Below the pieces are notes generated by a model that had not been told where the DNA came from, made no database searches, and saw only the letters and a list, made by a program, of their open reading frames with translations. DNA of 63,847 nt, counting the filler, from Octopus bimaculoides (Eukaryota), in assembly GCF_001194135.2 (NCBI RefSeq). It is 5 parts of 4 records of this genome, joined end to end, with 100 filler letters (N's around TTAATTAATTAA, not from the genome) between each part and the next. Parts side by side here need not be neighbours in the genome. Positions count along the whole stretch, not along the records: positions 61,205 to 63,847 come from NC_068990.1; 4 more parts are not named here. One strand, given 5' to 3'. Made by a program: the position numbers and the translations under genes. Below, in pieces: positions 63,681 through 63,847 of the stretch (positions are counted from its first letter, which is position 1; every line of letters starts with the position of its first letter).

Positions 63681-63847
63681 ATATGAATATATATATGCCA
63701 TGTATGCCATAAGGTCTGCAAGTCTAACGGAGGCTTCAAAAGGCATATTAAGATTCACAAAGATCAGAACTTAACTGCAGCTCTTATGGGGTCCAAATCA
63801 GATATGCAATCTATGTGGGTGTGTTTTCATTACAATTTCTGGTTTAA

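Overview
Eukaryotic, AT-rich, microsatellite-saturated draft-assembly sequence with many N gaps. The repeat landscape (tRNA-headed SINEs and abundant (TA)n/(CA)n/(TAGA)n) looks most like a coleoid cephalopod (Octopus-type) genome; this is recall-based inference, not a database result. Almost all ORFs in the track are microsatellite or gap artefacts. Supported content: several SINE families; a decayed Penelope-like element (PLE) with RT and a GIY-YIG endonuclease (about 35.0-37.5 kb, minus); an RT fragment of a second PLE lineage (60.56-60.75 kb); a Ty3/Gypsy LTR element with LTRs, PBS, PPT and a 5-bp TSD (54186-58092) inserted into the right TIR of a deleted mariner; a deleted maT-type Tc1/mariner; RTE-LINE remnants; a Helitron-like element; and several foldback/MITE-like inverted repeats. 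The strongest hidden signal is RNA-level. At least seven loci fold into type I hammerhead ribozymes with unrelated stems. The most complete are at 53134-53194 and 60346-60400 (minus) and 52321-52361 (plus, helix I missing). One (41.2-41.55 kb) is fused behind a tRNA-like Pol III head in a PLE-style inverted arrangement, a candidate ribozyme-bearing SINE mobilised by Penelope RT. A few splice-site-flanked, phase-compatible minus-strand segments may be exons of an unidentified large host gene (low confidence). Four TTAATTAATTAA spacers inside N runs mark artificial scaffold joins, so long-range adjacency is uncertain.
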